From assembly GCF_035084215.1 (NCBI RefSeq), contig NW_027139256.1:62001-126000 (forward strand): a DNA stretch of 64,000 nucleotides, in the 5' to 3' direction. Under the pieces are notes generated by a model. The model did no database searches. It was not told the origin of the DNA and worked only from the letters and a program-made list of their open reading frames with translations. The position numbers were made by a program, and so were the translations under genes. How positions within the stretch are numbered: the first letter of the stretch is position 1; each line of letters begins with the position of its first letter. Shown here piece by piece: positions 48,408-60,789 of this stretch. The stretch is from Heptranchias perlo (Eukaryota).

Positions 48408-49535
48408 ATGGAAGCAGAAAGCAGCAACCACAGCGCGGACAAGCCGCAGACGTGTTCCGCGTGTGGACTCACTTTCGACCGATCGTCTGACCTGCTGCGA
48501 CACCAGCGGGTTCACACCGGGGAGAGGCCGTTCCCCTGCTCCGTGTGCGGGAAGGGATTCACTCACTCATCCGCCCTGCTGACACACCAGCAACTTCACA
48601 GTGAGGAGAGGCCGTTTAAATGTCCTGACTGTGGGAAGAGCTTTAAAAGTTCCCAGTACCTGAAGAGACATCAAAGCATTCACACCGGGGAGAGGCCGTT
48701 CACCTGCTCTGTGTGCGGGAAGGGATTTGCTCAGTCATCCGCCACCATCAGACACCAGCAACTTCACAGTGATGGGAGAGCTTTTAAATGTTCTGACTGT
48801 GGGAAGAGCTACAAAAGCTCAGAGTACCTGAAGAGGCACCAACGCTACCACACCAGGGAGAGGCTGTTCACCTGCTCTCACTGCGGGAACAGCTTTCGGA
48901 AGTCATCCCACCTGCTGGAACACGAGCGGGTTCACACCGGGGAGAGGCCGTTCCCCTGCTCCGTGTGCGGGAAGGGATTCACTCGTTCGTCCGCCCTGCT
49001 GAGACACCAGCAACTTCACAGTGAGGAGAGACCTTTTAAATGTTCAGACTGTGGGAAGAGCTTTAAAAGTTCCCAGTACCTGACGAGACACCAAGGCATT
49101 CACACCGGGGAGAGGCCGTTCACCTGCTCCGTGTGCGGGAAAGGATTCACGCAGTCATCCGCTATGATCAGACACCAGCATCTTCACACTGATGGGAGAC
49201 CGTTTAAATGCTGCGACTGTGGGAAGAGCTATAAAAGCTCTGACTACCTGAAGAGGCACCAACGCATTCACACCGGGGAGAGGCTGTTCCCCTGCTCCGT
49301 GTGCGGGAAGGGGTTCTCTGAGTTATCCGCTATGATCAGACACCAGCAACTTCACACCGACGAGAAGCCTTTTAAGTGTTCTGACTGTGGGAAGAGCTTT
49401 AAAAGCTCCAAGTATCTGAAGAGACACCGTCGCATTCACACGGGGGAGAGGCCGTTCGCCTGCTCCATGTGCGGGAAGGGGTTCGCTCAGTCGTCCGGCC
49501 TGCTGAAACACCAGGAAGTTCACAGCGGGGAGTAG
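48408..49535 (+). CDS. C2H2 zinc-finger protein F (13 fingers)
   Basis: ORF track; ATG at 48408. Confidence 0.92.
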   Translation: MEAESSNHSADKPQTCSACGLTFDRSSDLLRHQRVHTGERPFPCSVCGKGFTHSSALLTHQQLHSEERPFKCPDCGKSFKSSQYLKRHQSIHTGERPFTCSVCGKGFAQSSATIRHQQLHSDGRAFKCSDCGKSYKSSEYLKRHQRYHTRERLFTCSHCGNSFRKSSHLLEHERVHTGERPFPCSVCGKGFTRSSALLRHQQLHSEERPFKCSDCGKSFKSSQYLTRHQGIHTGERPFTCSVCGKGFTQSSAMIRHQHLHTDGRPFKCCDCGKSYKSSDYLKRHQRIHTGERLFPCSVCGKGFSELSAMIRHQQLHTDEKPFKCSDCGKSFKSSKYLKRHRRIHTGERPFACSMCGKGFAQSSGLLKHQEVHSGE

Positions 49536-49559
49536 CTGTTCGCTGAATCATTCAACCTT

Positions 49560-49886
49560 TAGGGTAAATGGAGAGAAACTGTTTCCTGTGGTGGGAGAGG
49601 TGGAGTTGGGGGGGGCATAAACTTCCAATTAGAGCTCGGACCATTCAAGGCTGGTGAAAAAACACTTCTTCACGCAAAGATTGGTGGAAATCTGAAAAAC
49701 TCTTCCCCTACAAAAGCTGTGGGTCAATTGAAAATTTCAAAACTGAGACTGATCGATTTTCGTTGGGTAAGGTGATTAAGGGTTACGGGACCAAGGCGGG
49801 TAAATTGAGATAAGGTACAGATCAGCCATGATCCAATTGAATGCCGGAACAGGCTCGAGGGGCTGAATGGCCTCCTCCTGTTCCTA
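49560..49886 (+). mobile_element. CR1 3' end in the 3' flank of ZNF-F (paralogous copy at 60255..60604)
   Basis: EKLFPVVGE...KHFFTQRLVEI and a 3' UTR at the same position in F and G. Confidence 0.8.
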
Positions 49887-50036
49887 AAGGTGCTGTATGT
49901 TGTCTGTAATAGGTTGTGTAATATCAATAAAAAGCATTAATCAGACGCCTGATGGTTTCCTCCTTCTCCAGCTTGTTTAAAGTTGCCTGTGTGCGGATTA
50001 CCCTGTAAATAAATACCCTAAAAACCCGTTTAAATG

Positions 50037-50356
50037 GAATAAACCCCCTCCCTCCCCCTAGACCCTGAACAAGGGGCCTGCAGCAAGTCGTTGCCCTGAC
50101 GACCGGGCCGGCGCAAGTCCCGCCCCTCGGGCGCCCCCCGATTGTTTGGAGGACCCGCCGCCTGCCCTCGGTCCTCCAGGCGACGCCCCCTCGCTCCCTA
50201 TTGGTCCGAAGCTCACGTCAATCACCCAACCCCGCGCGGATCACGTGTCCTCCCCCCACCCTCCTCACTGAGAAGGATCACCTGCTCCGCCGAGGCTGAA
50301 TCTGCTCCGTCCGGTGCCCGGGTGAACCCTCGCACTCTCCGGTTTGTCGGGTTTTA
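50037..50356 (+). promoter_or_regulatory. Conserved promoter-like module P7 (upstream of ZNF-G)
   Basis: Same ordered motifs as P1. Confidence 0.7.
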
Positions 50357-51295
50357 TATCGTTTAATCTCTCCCTTCCTCACACTCTCTGACCCAAACTC
50401 ACTTTTCCGCCGGCGATTCGGACTTTTCAACGGTTTTTACCGAGCGCGCGCGCGGTATCCGGGTAACGGCGGCGCAGGCGCATTAAGAAAGCTCATTCTT
50501 GGAGCGCTCTCCGCCGGAGCATGCGCGTTTTGACTCCAAGAGCGGCGCAGGCGCATTGAGAAGCTCATTCTTGGACCGATTGTGTGTGTGTGTTCCCCCC
50601 TTTCTCTTCCACGGAGCATGCGCGGACTGAGTCCAACAGCGGCGCAGGCGCAGTGTCAGGGGGGACCTGGATCAGGGCAATGAGGGGCACGTGGTGAGCA
50701 CGTTGCCCGGGCCATCAATGCAAGATTTGGGTGCAGAGGCGCCGCCAGCCGTGGCATCGGGGTGGCCCGCTCTCCGGCACGGGGAATTTATCTCGCTCCC
50801 ATTTGCTCTCCGGCCAATGAATGGAAAACAACTGGCCTTTGCATCGCGACCGCCTGGGGAATGACCCGAAAGCAGCGCGACAAGAGAGAAAAAAAAAATC
50901 AAAAATGCCGCTGGGGAAATACTGAGCGAGACCTGGCGGAGAGGGAAACGGAGCTGGCGTTTCAGCCCCGACCGGAAGCGTCGACGCTGCCGCGGACCGG
51001 GGATTTACAGGATGATCCGCATCCGAGGGAGATGGACTAACCTGAGCGAGTTGGGAACAGCAGCAGGCCGTTCAGCCCCTCGTGCCCGCTCCGCCACTTG
51101 ATAAGATCGTGGCTGATCTGTGATCTAAGTCCATATACCTGCCTTTGGCCCGTATCCCTTTGGTTGCCAAAAAGCTATCTATCTCAGATTTAAAATTTAG
51201 CAATTGAGCTAGTATCAATTGCCGTTTGCGGAAGAGAGTTCCGAACTTCTACCACCCTTTGTGTGTAGAAATGTTTTCTAATCTCGCTCCTGAAA

Positions 51296-51523
51296 TGTGG
51301 AGATGCCGGTGGTGGACTGGGGTTGACAATTGTAAACAATTTTACAACACCAAGTTATAGTCCAGCAATTTTATTTTAAATTCACAAGCTTTCGGAGGCT
51401 TCCTCCTTCCTCAGGTGAATGTTGTCATTCACCTGAGGAAGGAGGAAGCCTCCAAAAGCTTGTGAATTTAAAATAAAATTGCTGGACTATAACTTGGTGT
51501 TGTAAAATTGTTTACAATTGTCA
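51296..51523. mobile_element. 228-bp fold-back Penelope family 1 derivative with two hammerhead motifs; TSD ctcctgaaa
   Basis: Arms at 51324-51421 and 51426-51523 with a 4-nt spacer. TSD at 51287-51295 and 51524-51532. Confidence 0.9.
51381..51419 (-). ncRNA. Hammerhead motif (CUGAGGA core, intact GAAA); the + strand mirror copy at ~51428-51466 has GAAA changed to AAAA
   Basis: Direct reading of both arms. Confidence 0.8.
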
Positions 51524-51905
51524 CTCCTGAAAGGTCTGGCTCTAAGGTCTAGACTGTGCCCCCTACTCCTAGAATCCCCAACCAGCGGAAATAGTTTCTC
51601 TCTATCCACCCTATCCGTTCCCCTTAATATCTTATAAACTTCGATCAGATCGCCCCTTAACCTTCGAAACTCTAGAGAATACAACCCCAATTTGTGTAAT
51701 CTCTCCTCGTAACTTAACCCTTGAAGTCCGGGTATCATTCTAGTAAACCTACGCTGCACTCCCTCCAAGGCCAATATGTCCTTCCGAAGGTGCGGTGCCC
51801 AGAACTGCTCACAGTACTCCAGGTGCGGTCTAACCAGGGTTTTGTATAGCTGCAGCATAACTTCTGCCCCCTTGTACTCTAGTCCTCCAGATATAAAGGC
51901 CAGGA

Positions 51906-54900
51906 ATTCTTTGATGAAGTGACGGAGAGGGTCGATGAGGGGAGTGCGGTTGATGTGTATGTGGACTTTCAAAAGGCGTTTGATAAAGTGCCTCATAATA
52001 CACTTGTAAGCAAAATTGAAGGCCGTGGGATTAAAAGGACAGCTCCAGCTGTCCTTTTAATCCCACGGTGGATTGGTGGATACAAAATTGTGTGGTGCAG
52101 AGGAGATTTACGAGGGTGTTGCCAGGACTGGAGAATTTTAGCTATGAGGAAAGATTGGATAGGCTGGGGTTGTTTTCATTGGAGCAGAGGAGGCTGAGGG
52201 GTGATTTAATTGAGGTGTATAAAATTATGAGGGGCCTAGATAGAGTGGATAGGAAGGACCTATTTCCCTTAGCAGAGGGGTCAGTGACTAGGAGGCATAG
52301 ATTTAAAGTAATTGGTCGAAGGATTAGAGGGGAGCTGAGGAGAAATGTTTTCACCCAGAGGGTGGTGGGGGTCTGGAACTCACTGCCTGAGAGGGTGGTA
52401 GAGGCAGAAACCCTCAACTCATTTAAAACTCATTTAACCTACTGGGCTACGGACCAAGTGCTGGAAAGTGGGATTAAGCTGGATAACTCTTTCTCGGCCG
52501 GCACGGACACGATGGGCTGAACGGCCTCCTTCTCTGCCGCAACTTTCTATGATTCTATGAAAATTGGCTAAAGGACAGAAAGCAGAGAGTAGCGGTGAAC
52601 GGTTGTTTTTCAGACTGGAGGCTCAGGTGGGAAAGGTAGTATAAATAATAATTCTAAGACAAACAAAACGGAAGAGAGTAGAGTGATAGTCAGAAATTAT
52701 ACTTTAGACACTACAGGTTAAGGGAAAACTAAAAGATGTAAAGTAATTAAATCAGGAGAGGGAAATAAGAAATGTGTGAAAAAATATTAGCGCAGAAGGA
52801 CAGGTTCGGGTGTGCAGCCCAATTAAGCGTTCTTTATACAAACGCACGGAGTATAAGGAACAAATTGAATGAATTGCGGGGGGCAAATTCAACTTAGAGG
52901 GTTCGACATGGTCGCCATTACTGAGACATGGCTGCAAGACGGTCAGGACTGGGAACTGAATATACCAGATTATAAAGGTCTATAGGAAGGATTGGGAGGG
53001 GGAGGAGTAGCCCTGGTGATTAAGGATGAAATTACTTCAATGATAAGAGGGGATATAACGAGAGGTGAGCAGGCAGTGGAGACTTTATGGGCAGAATTAA
53101 GAAATAGAAAAGGATTTAAGACTGTGGTGGGAGTTGTGTACAGGCCCCCTGGTAGCAGCTGTGAAGTGGCAGAATGTATAAATGCAGAGATTAGACAAGC
53201 ATGTCGCAAAGGCAGAGTGGGTTTTAATGGGGGGATTTTAACTTTCATATTGATCGGGATAAGCAGACGAGCTCATGTCAGAAAGGTAGCAAATTTCTTG
53301 AGTGTCTTCAGGACAGCTTTCTGCAACAATACGTCCTAGAACCAACAAGGGGGCAGGGCCATATTAGATTGAGTAATGAGCCCGATTTAGTTAACAGTTA
53401 AATAATTACTTTGTGCCAGTATTTACAGTAGAGGAAGAGGAGAGCATGCCGGACACCACAAGGAAACTAATTTTGAATCAGGGATGGGGACTCACTATAA
53501 TTAACGTAAGCAAATTAACACCAATGAAGAAAATAATGGCACTAAAGAGTGACAAATCCCCAGGACCAGATGGTTTCCATCCCAGGGTTTTAAAGGAAGT
53601 TGGTGAGCACATTGCAGATGCTCTAACTATAATCTTCCAAAGTTCTCTAGGTTCATTAGATTAGAAAATTGCACATGTCACTCCGCTATTTAAGAAAGGT
53701 GACAGAGGGAAACCAGGGAATTATAGACCAATTAGCCTAACATCTGTTATCAGGAAATTGCTGGAGTCTATAATTAAAGATAGAGTGACTGAACACCTCG
53801 AGAATTTTCAGCTGCTCAGGGAGAGCCAGCATGGATTTGTGAAAGGTCGGTCGTGCCTGACAAACCTGATAGAATTTTTTGAAGAGGTGACTAAAGTAGT
53901 GGACAGGGGAATAAGAACATAAGAACATAAGAAATTGGAGCAGGAGTAGGCCAATCGGCCCCTCGAGCCTGCTCCGCCATTCAATAAGATCATGGCTGAT
54001 CTGATCCCAACCACAAATCTAAAGAACACAAGAAGTCGGAGCAGGACCCGGCCACATAGCCCCTGGGCCCTCTCCGCCACCCACAGGGCATTGACCGATC
54101 CGAACTCAGCTTCATGTCCAATTTCCTGCCCGCTCCCCATAACCCCTAATTCCCTTTACTTCTAGGAAACTGTCTATTTCTGTTTTAAATTTATCTAATG
54201 ATGTAGCTTCCACAGCTTCCTGGGGCAGCAAATTCCACAGACCCACTACCCTCTGAGTGAAGAAGTTTCTCCTCATCTCAGTTTTGAAAGAGTGGCCCCT
54301 TATTCTAAGATTATGCCCCCTAGTTCTAGTTTCACCCATCTTTGGGAACATCCTTACTGCATCCACCCGATCAAGACCCTTCACAATCTTATATGTTTCA
54401 ATAAGATCGCCTCTCATTCTTCTGAACTCCAATGAGTAGAGTCCCAATCTACTCAACCTCTCCTCATATGTCCGCCCCCTCATCCCCGGGATTAACCGAG
54501 TGAACCTTCTTTGTACTGCCTCGAGAGCAAGTATGTCTTTTCTTAAGTATGGAGACCAAAACTGTATGCAGTATTCCAGGTGCGGTCTCACCAATACCTT
54601 ATATAACTGCAGCAATACCTCCTTGTTTTTATATTCTATCCCCCTAGCAATAAAAGCCAACATTCCGTTGGCTTTCTTGATCACCTGCTGCACCTGCATA
54701 CCAACTTTTTGATTTTCTTGCACTAGGACCCCCAGATCCCTTTGTACTGCAGTACTTTCCAGTCTCTCGCCATTAAGAAAATAACTTGCTCTCTGATTTT
54801 TCCTGCCAAAGTGCATAACCTCACATTTTCCAATATTATATTGCATCTGCCAAATCTCCGCCCACTCACCCAGCCTGTCTATATCCCCTTGCAGGTTTTT

Positions 54901-57690
54901 TATGTCCTCCTCACTCTACTTTCCCTCCCATCTTTGTATCATCTGCAAATTTTGATATGTTGCACTCGGTCCCCTCCTCCAAATCGTTAATATAGATTGT
55001 AAAGAGTTGGGGACCCAGCACCGACCCCTGTGGAACACCACTGGTTACTGGTTGCCAGTCCGAAAATGAACCATTTATCCCAACTCTCTGCTTCCTGTTC
55101 GATAACCAATCCTCCACCCATGCCAGAATATTACCCCCAATCCCGTGATTTTTTATCTTAAGTAATAATCTTTTATGTGGCACCTTGTCGAATGCCTTCT
55201 GGAAGTCTAAATACACTATGTCCACTGGTTCCCCTTTATCCACCCTATACGTTATATCCTCGAAGAACTCAAGCAAATTTGTCAGACATGACTTCCCCTT
55301 CATAAAGCCATGCTGACTTTGTCCTATTAAATTATGCTTATCTAAATGTTCCGTTACTGTCTCCTTAATAATAGACTCCAAAATTTTACCCACCACAGAT
55401 GTTAAGCTAACTGGCCTATAATTTCCAGCCTTCTGCCTACTACCCTTTTTAAATAACGGTGTTACATTAGCAGTTTTCCAATCTGCCGGGACCTCTCCTG
55501 AGTCCAGGGAATTTTGGAAAATTTTGGAATGTCAATGGATGTTATTTATATGGACTTCCAGAATGCATTCGATAAAGTCCCTCATAAGAGACTGTTAGCT
55601 AAAGTTGAAGCTCATGGAATTGAGGGCAAATTATTGACCTGGTTAGGAAATTGGCTGAGCGGCAGGAGACAGAGAGTAGGGATAATGGGCAGGTACTCGG
55701 ATTGGCAGGATGTCACCAGTGGTGTCCCACAGGGACCTGTGTTGGGGCCTCAACTATTCACTGTATTTATTAACAACTTAGATGACGGGATAGAGAGCCA
55801 CATAAGCAAGTTTGCCGATGACACAAAGATAGGCAGCATTGTAAGCAGTGTAGATGAAAGTATAAAATTACAGAGAGATATTAATAGGTTAAGTGAATGG
55901 GCAAAACTCTGGCAAATGGATTTCAATGTAGGCAAGTGTGAGGTCACCCACTTTGGACCTAAAAAGGATAGAACAGGGTACTTTCTAAATGGTGAAAAGC
56001 TCGAAACAGTGAAGGTCCAAGGAGATTTAGGGATCCATGTACACAGATCATTAACATGTCATGGACAGGTACAGAAAATAATCAAAAAGGCTAATGGAAT
56101 GCTGGCCTTTCTCTCGAGAGGACTAGAGTACAGAAGTTATGCTGCAGCTATACAAAACCCTGGTTAGACCGCACCTGGAGTACTGTGTTCAGTTCTGGTC
56201 ACCGCACCTTAGGAAGGACATATTGGCCTTGGAGGGAGTGCAGCGTCGGTTTACTAGAATGATACCCGGACTTCAAGGGTTAAATTACGAGGAGCGATTA
56301 CACAAACTAGAGTTGAATTCCCTGGAGTTTCGAAGGTTAAGGGGTGATTTGATTGAAGTTTTGAAGATATTAAGGGGAACTGATAGGGTAGATAGAGGGA
56401 AACTGGGGGACACAGCCTGAAAACTAGAGCCAGGACTTTCAGGAGTGAAGTTCGGAAACACTTCTACACACAAAGGGTGGTAGAAGTTTGGAACTCTCTT
56501 CCGCAAACGGCAATTGATACTAGCTCAATTGTTAATTTTAAATCTGAGATTGATAGATTTTTGTTAATCAAAGCTATTAAGGGATATGGGGCTGAGGCGG
56601 GGAGATGGAGTCAGGTCATAGATCAGCCATGATCTCATTGAATGGCGGAACAAGCTCGAGAGGCTTCCTCCTGTTCCTATGTTCCTAAGTATACAGTGGT
56701 GTTCCCCAGGGGTCAGTATTAGGACCACTGCTGTTTCTGATACATATCAATGACCTGGACTTGGGTATACAGAGTATAATTTCAAAGTTTGCAGATGACA
56801 CGAAACTCGGACAATGTGGAGGATAGTAACAGACTTCAGGAGGACAGAGACAGACTGGTGAAATGGGCAGATACACGGCAGATGGAATTTAACACAGAGA
56901 AGTGTGAAGTTATACATTTTGATAGGAAGAATGAGGAGAGGCAAAATAAACTGAATGGTCCAATTTTAAAGGGGGTGCAGGAACAGAGAGACCTGTGGGG
57001 GGGGTGTACACAAATCTCTGAAGGTGGCAGGACAAGCTGAGAAGGCTTTTAAAAAAGCATCTGGGATCCTGGGCTTTATCAATAGCGGCATGGAGTACAA
57101 AAGCAAGGAAGTCATGCTAAACCCTTTATAAAACACTGGTTAGGGCCTCAGCTAGAGTATTGTGTCCAGTTCTGGGCCCCGCACTTTAGGAAGGATGTCA
57201 AGGCCTTAGAGAGGGTGCAGAGGAGATTTACTAGAATGGTTCCAGGGATGAGGGACTTCAGTGATGTGGAGAGACTGGAGAAACTGGGATTGTTCTCTTT
57301 CGAGCAGAGAAGGTTAAGGGGAGATTTGATCGAGGTGTTCAAAATCAGGAATGGTTTTGAGAGAGTCAATAAGGAGAAACTGTTTCCAGGGGCAGGAGGG
57401 TCGGTAACCAGAGGACACGGATTTAAGGCGATCGGTGAAAGAGCCAGAGGGGGAGATGAGGAAACATTTTTTTACGCAGTGAGTTGTGATGATCTGGAAT
57501 TTGCTGCCTGAAAGGGCAGTGGAAGCAGATTCAATAATAACTTTCAAAAGGGAATTGGATAAATACTTGAAGGGAAAATATTTACAGGGTATGGGGGAAA
57601 GAGCAGGGGGGAGTGGGACTAATTGGATAGATCTTTCAAAGAGCCGGCACAGGCACAATGGGCCGAATGGCCTCCTTCTGTGCTGTGACA
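51906..57690 (+). mobile_element. Nested cluster of CR1 copies (EN and RT fragments)
   Basis: ITETWLQ / GGGVALVIK / GVVYRPP (APE endonuclease); [30 protein letters not shown] and FADD (RT). Confidence 0.9.
53913..55525 (-). mobile_element. Young 5'-truncated CR1 inserted inside another CR1's RT; TSD ggaat
   Basis: ORFs 54112..54846 and 54911..55396. The host reads gacaggggaat|gtcaatggatgtt across the insert. Ends in a (ttcttatg)n tail. Confidence 0.92.
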
Positions 57691-58604
57691 TAGTATAACA
57701 TCCGATGAAGTACTTTGGGAGTTACATCGAAACTACAGCACAGAAACAGGCCATTCGGCCCAACTGGTCTTGCCGGCGTTTATGCACCACACGAGCCTCC
57801 TCCCTCCCCTACTTCATCAAACCCTATCAGGTTACCCTTCTATTCCTTTCTCCCTCGTGCTTATCTAGCTTCCCCTTGTGTAGTCACTGTTATAATGTAC
57901 GAAACGCGGCAGACAATTTGCGCACAGCAACATCCCACAGACAGCAGTGTGACAATGACCAGATTATCGGGTTCAGCGATGTTGGTTGACCACTGACAGT
58001 TCACCATCCATCTCTGATGGTTCGACAATCCCAATATCCACCTCCTGTGTGAAAACTGAGGGCTTATTTGGTATCTCTGCCATTCCCTCACTCTCCACTG
58101 GAGACTCACCTCCTTCGTCCCTCAGCGGCCCGATCCTGACTCTCCTCTTCCTGCTAATGTGCTGATAGAAAGCCTTTTTATTGTTCTTTGAGAACAATTA
58201 GCAAAAAAAATATGCTCCTTTCTAAACTTGTTTTACAGGATATTAGAAGTGGAGGATTTACAGACTGGAAGCTCAAACCCAAACACCAAGATCTGACAGA
58301 GTCATTCTGTTCATCGGGAACAACATCGGCCCACGATCGGCGGCCGTGCCTTCAGCTGTCTCGGGTCTAAGCTCTGGAATTCCCTCCCTAAACCTCTCCC
58401 CCTCTCTCTCCTCCTTTAAGACCCTCCTTAAAACCGACCTCTTTGACCGAGCTTCTAGTCACCTGTTCTAATATCTTCCTCTTCGTCTCTGTGTCAGTTT
58501 TCTTCTCTGATTGCGAGCCTGTGAAGCTCCGCGGAACGTTTTACGACGTTCAAGGCGCTGTATCAAGGCGAGCTGTTGTGGTTTAACATCACTGGCCTTT
58601 GCAC

Positions 58605-60236
58605 ATGGAAGCAGAAAGCAGCAATCGCAGCGCGGGCAAGCCGCAGACGTGTTCCGCGTGTGGACTCACTTTCGACCGATCGTCTGACCTGCTGCGACAC
58701 CAGCGGGTTCACACCGGGGAGAGGCCGTTCCCCTGCTCCGTGTGCGGGAAGGGATTCACTCGATCATCCACCCTTCTGACACACCAGCAACTTCACAGTG
58801 AGGAGAGGCCGTTTAAATGTCCTGACTGTGGGAAGAGCTTTAAAAGCTCCCAGTACCTGAAGAGACACCAGCGCTATCACTCCGGGGAGAGGCCGTTCAC
58901 CTGCTCTGTGTGCGGGAAGGGATTTGCTCAGTCATCCGCCACCATCAGACACCAGCAACTTCACAGTGATGGGAGAGCTTTTAACTGCTCTGACTGTGGG
59001 AAGAGCTACAAAAGCTCAGAGTACCTGAAGAGGCACCAACGCTACCACACCAGGGAGAGGCTGTTCACCTGCTCTCACTGCGGGAACAGCTTTCGGAAGT
59101 CATCCCAACTGCTGAAACACCAGCGGGTTCACACCGGGGAGAGGCCGTTCCCCTGCTCCGTGTGCGGGAAGGGATTCACTCGTTCGTCCGCCCTGCTGAC
59201 ACACCAGCAACTTCACAGTGAGGAGAGGCCGTTTAAATGTTCTGAGTGCGGGAAGAGCTTTAAAAGTTCCCAGTACCTGACGAGACACCAAGGCATTCAC
59301 ACCGGGGAGAGGCCGTTCACCTGCTCCGTGTGCGGGAAGGGCTTCACGCAGTCATCCGCTATGATCAGACACCAGCATCTTCACACTGATGGGAGACCTT
59401 TTCAGTGCTCCGACTGTGGGAGGAGCTATAAGAGCTCTGACTACCTGAAGAGGCACCAACGCATTCACACCGGGGAGAGGCTGTTCCCCTGCTCCGTGTG
59501 CGGGAAGGGGTTCACTCGTTCGTCCGCCCTGCTGACACACCAGCACCTTCACAGTGAGGAGACACCTTTTAAATGTTCTGAGTGTGGGAAGAGCTACAAA
59601 AGCTCCGACTACCTGAAGAGGCACAATCGCACTCACACCGCGGAGAGGCCGTTCACCTGCTCCGTGTGCGGGAAGGGGTTCACGCAGTCCTCCGCTATGA
59701 TCAGACACCAGCATCTTCACACTGATGGGAGACCGTTTAAATGCTCCGACTGTGGGAGGAGCTATAAGAGCTCTGATTACCTGAAGAGGCACCAACGCAT
59801 TCACACCGGGGAGAGGCTGTTCCCCTGCTCCGTGTGCGGCAAGGGGTTCTCTGAGTTATCCGCTATGATCAGACACCAGCAACTTCACACTGACGAGAAG
59901 CCTTTTAAATGTCCTGACTGTGGGAGGAGCTATAAAAGCTCTGATTACCTGAAGAGGCACCAGCGCAGTCACACCGGGGAGAGGCCGTTCACCTGCTCCG
60001 TCTGCGGGAAAGGGTTCACTCGTTCGTTCACCCTGCTGACACACCAGCAACTTCACAGCGACGAGAGACCCTTTAAATGTTCTGACTGTGGGAAGAGCTT
60101 TAAAAGCTCCAAGTACCTAAGGAGGCACCAACGCATTCACACCGGGGAGAGGCCGTTCACCTGCTCCGTGTGCGGGAAGGGGTTCGCTCAGTCGTCCGGC
60201 CTGCTGAAACACCAGGAAGTTCACAGTGGGGAGTAG
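58605..60236 (+). CDS. C2H2 zinc-finger protein G (19 fingers), recent paralog of F
   Basis: ORF track; acceptor at 58238; ATG at 58605; 168 aa (6 fingers) longer than F. Confidence 0.93.
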   Translation: MEAESSNRSAGKPQTCSACGLTFDRSSDLLRHQRVHTGERPFPCSVCGKGFTRSSTLLTHQQLHSEERPFKCPDCGKSFKSSQYLKRHQRYHSGERPFTCSVCGKGFAQSSATIRHQQLHSDGRAFNCSDCGKSYKSSEYLKRHQRYHTRERLFTCSHCGNSFRKSSQLLKHQRVHTGERPFPCSVCGKGFTRSSALLTHQQLHSEERPFKCSECGKSFKSSQYLTRHQGIHTGERPFTCSVCGKGFTQSSAMIRHQHLHTDGRPFQCSDCGRSYKSSDYLKRHQRIHTGERLFPCSVCGKGFTRSSALLTHQHLHSEETPFKCSECGKSYKSSDYLKRHNRTHTAERPFTCSVCGKGFTQSSAMIRHQHLHTDGRPFKCSDCGRSYKSSDYLKRHQRIHTGERLFPCSVCGKGFSELSAMIRHQQLHTDEKPFKCPDCGRSYKSSDYLKRHQRSHTGERPFTCSVCGKGFTRSFTLLTHQQLHSDERPFKCSDCGKSFKSSKYLRRHQRIHTGERPFTCSVCGKGFAQSSGLLKHQEVHSGE

Positions 60237-60789
60237 CTGTTCGCTGAATCATTCAGGGTAGGGCAGATAGAGAGAAACTGTTTCCTGTGGTGGGAGAGTC
60301 CAGCACAAGGTGGAGTTGGGGGGCATAAACTTCCAATTAGAGCTAGGGCCGTACAGGGCTGGTGAAAAAACACTTCTTCACACAAAGATTGGTAGAAATC
60401 TGAAACTCTCTTCTCCCCCAAAAAAGCTGTGGGCCAATTGAAAATTTCAAAACTGAGACTGATCGATTTTTGTTGGGTAAGGTGATTAAGGGTTACGGGA
60501 CCAAGGCGGGTAAATTGAGATAAGATACAGATCAGCCATGATCTAATTGAATGACGGGACAGGCTCGAGGGGCTGAATGGCCTCCTCCTGTTCCTATGTT
60601 CCTAAAGGTGCTGTGTAAATATTGCCTGAAGTGGGTTCTGTATTATCAATAAAACGCATTAATCAGACGCCTGATAGTTCCCTGCTTCTCCAGCTTGTTT
60701 AAAGAGGTCTGGATACAGATTATCCTGTAAATACCCAATATATATATTTAGCATGTTGAAAGGGGTAAAAACATACCCCCCCCATGTGC

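Larger units (their letters stand above)
51055..51905 (-). mobile_element. CR1 3' fragment interrupted by a palindromic Penelope derivative
   Basis: ORF 51487..51996; 3' UTR at ~51055-51130. Confidence 0.9.

Noticed and set aside
52830-57690. Intact autonomous CR1
   Set aside because: The EN and RT pieces come from several nested, frameshifted copies with no continuous ORF2.
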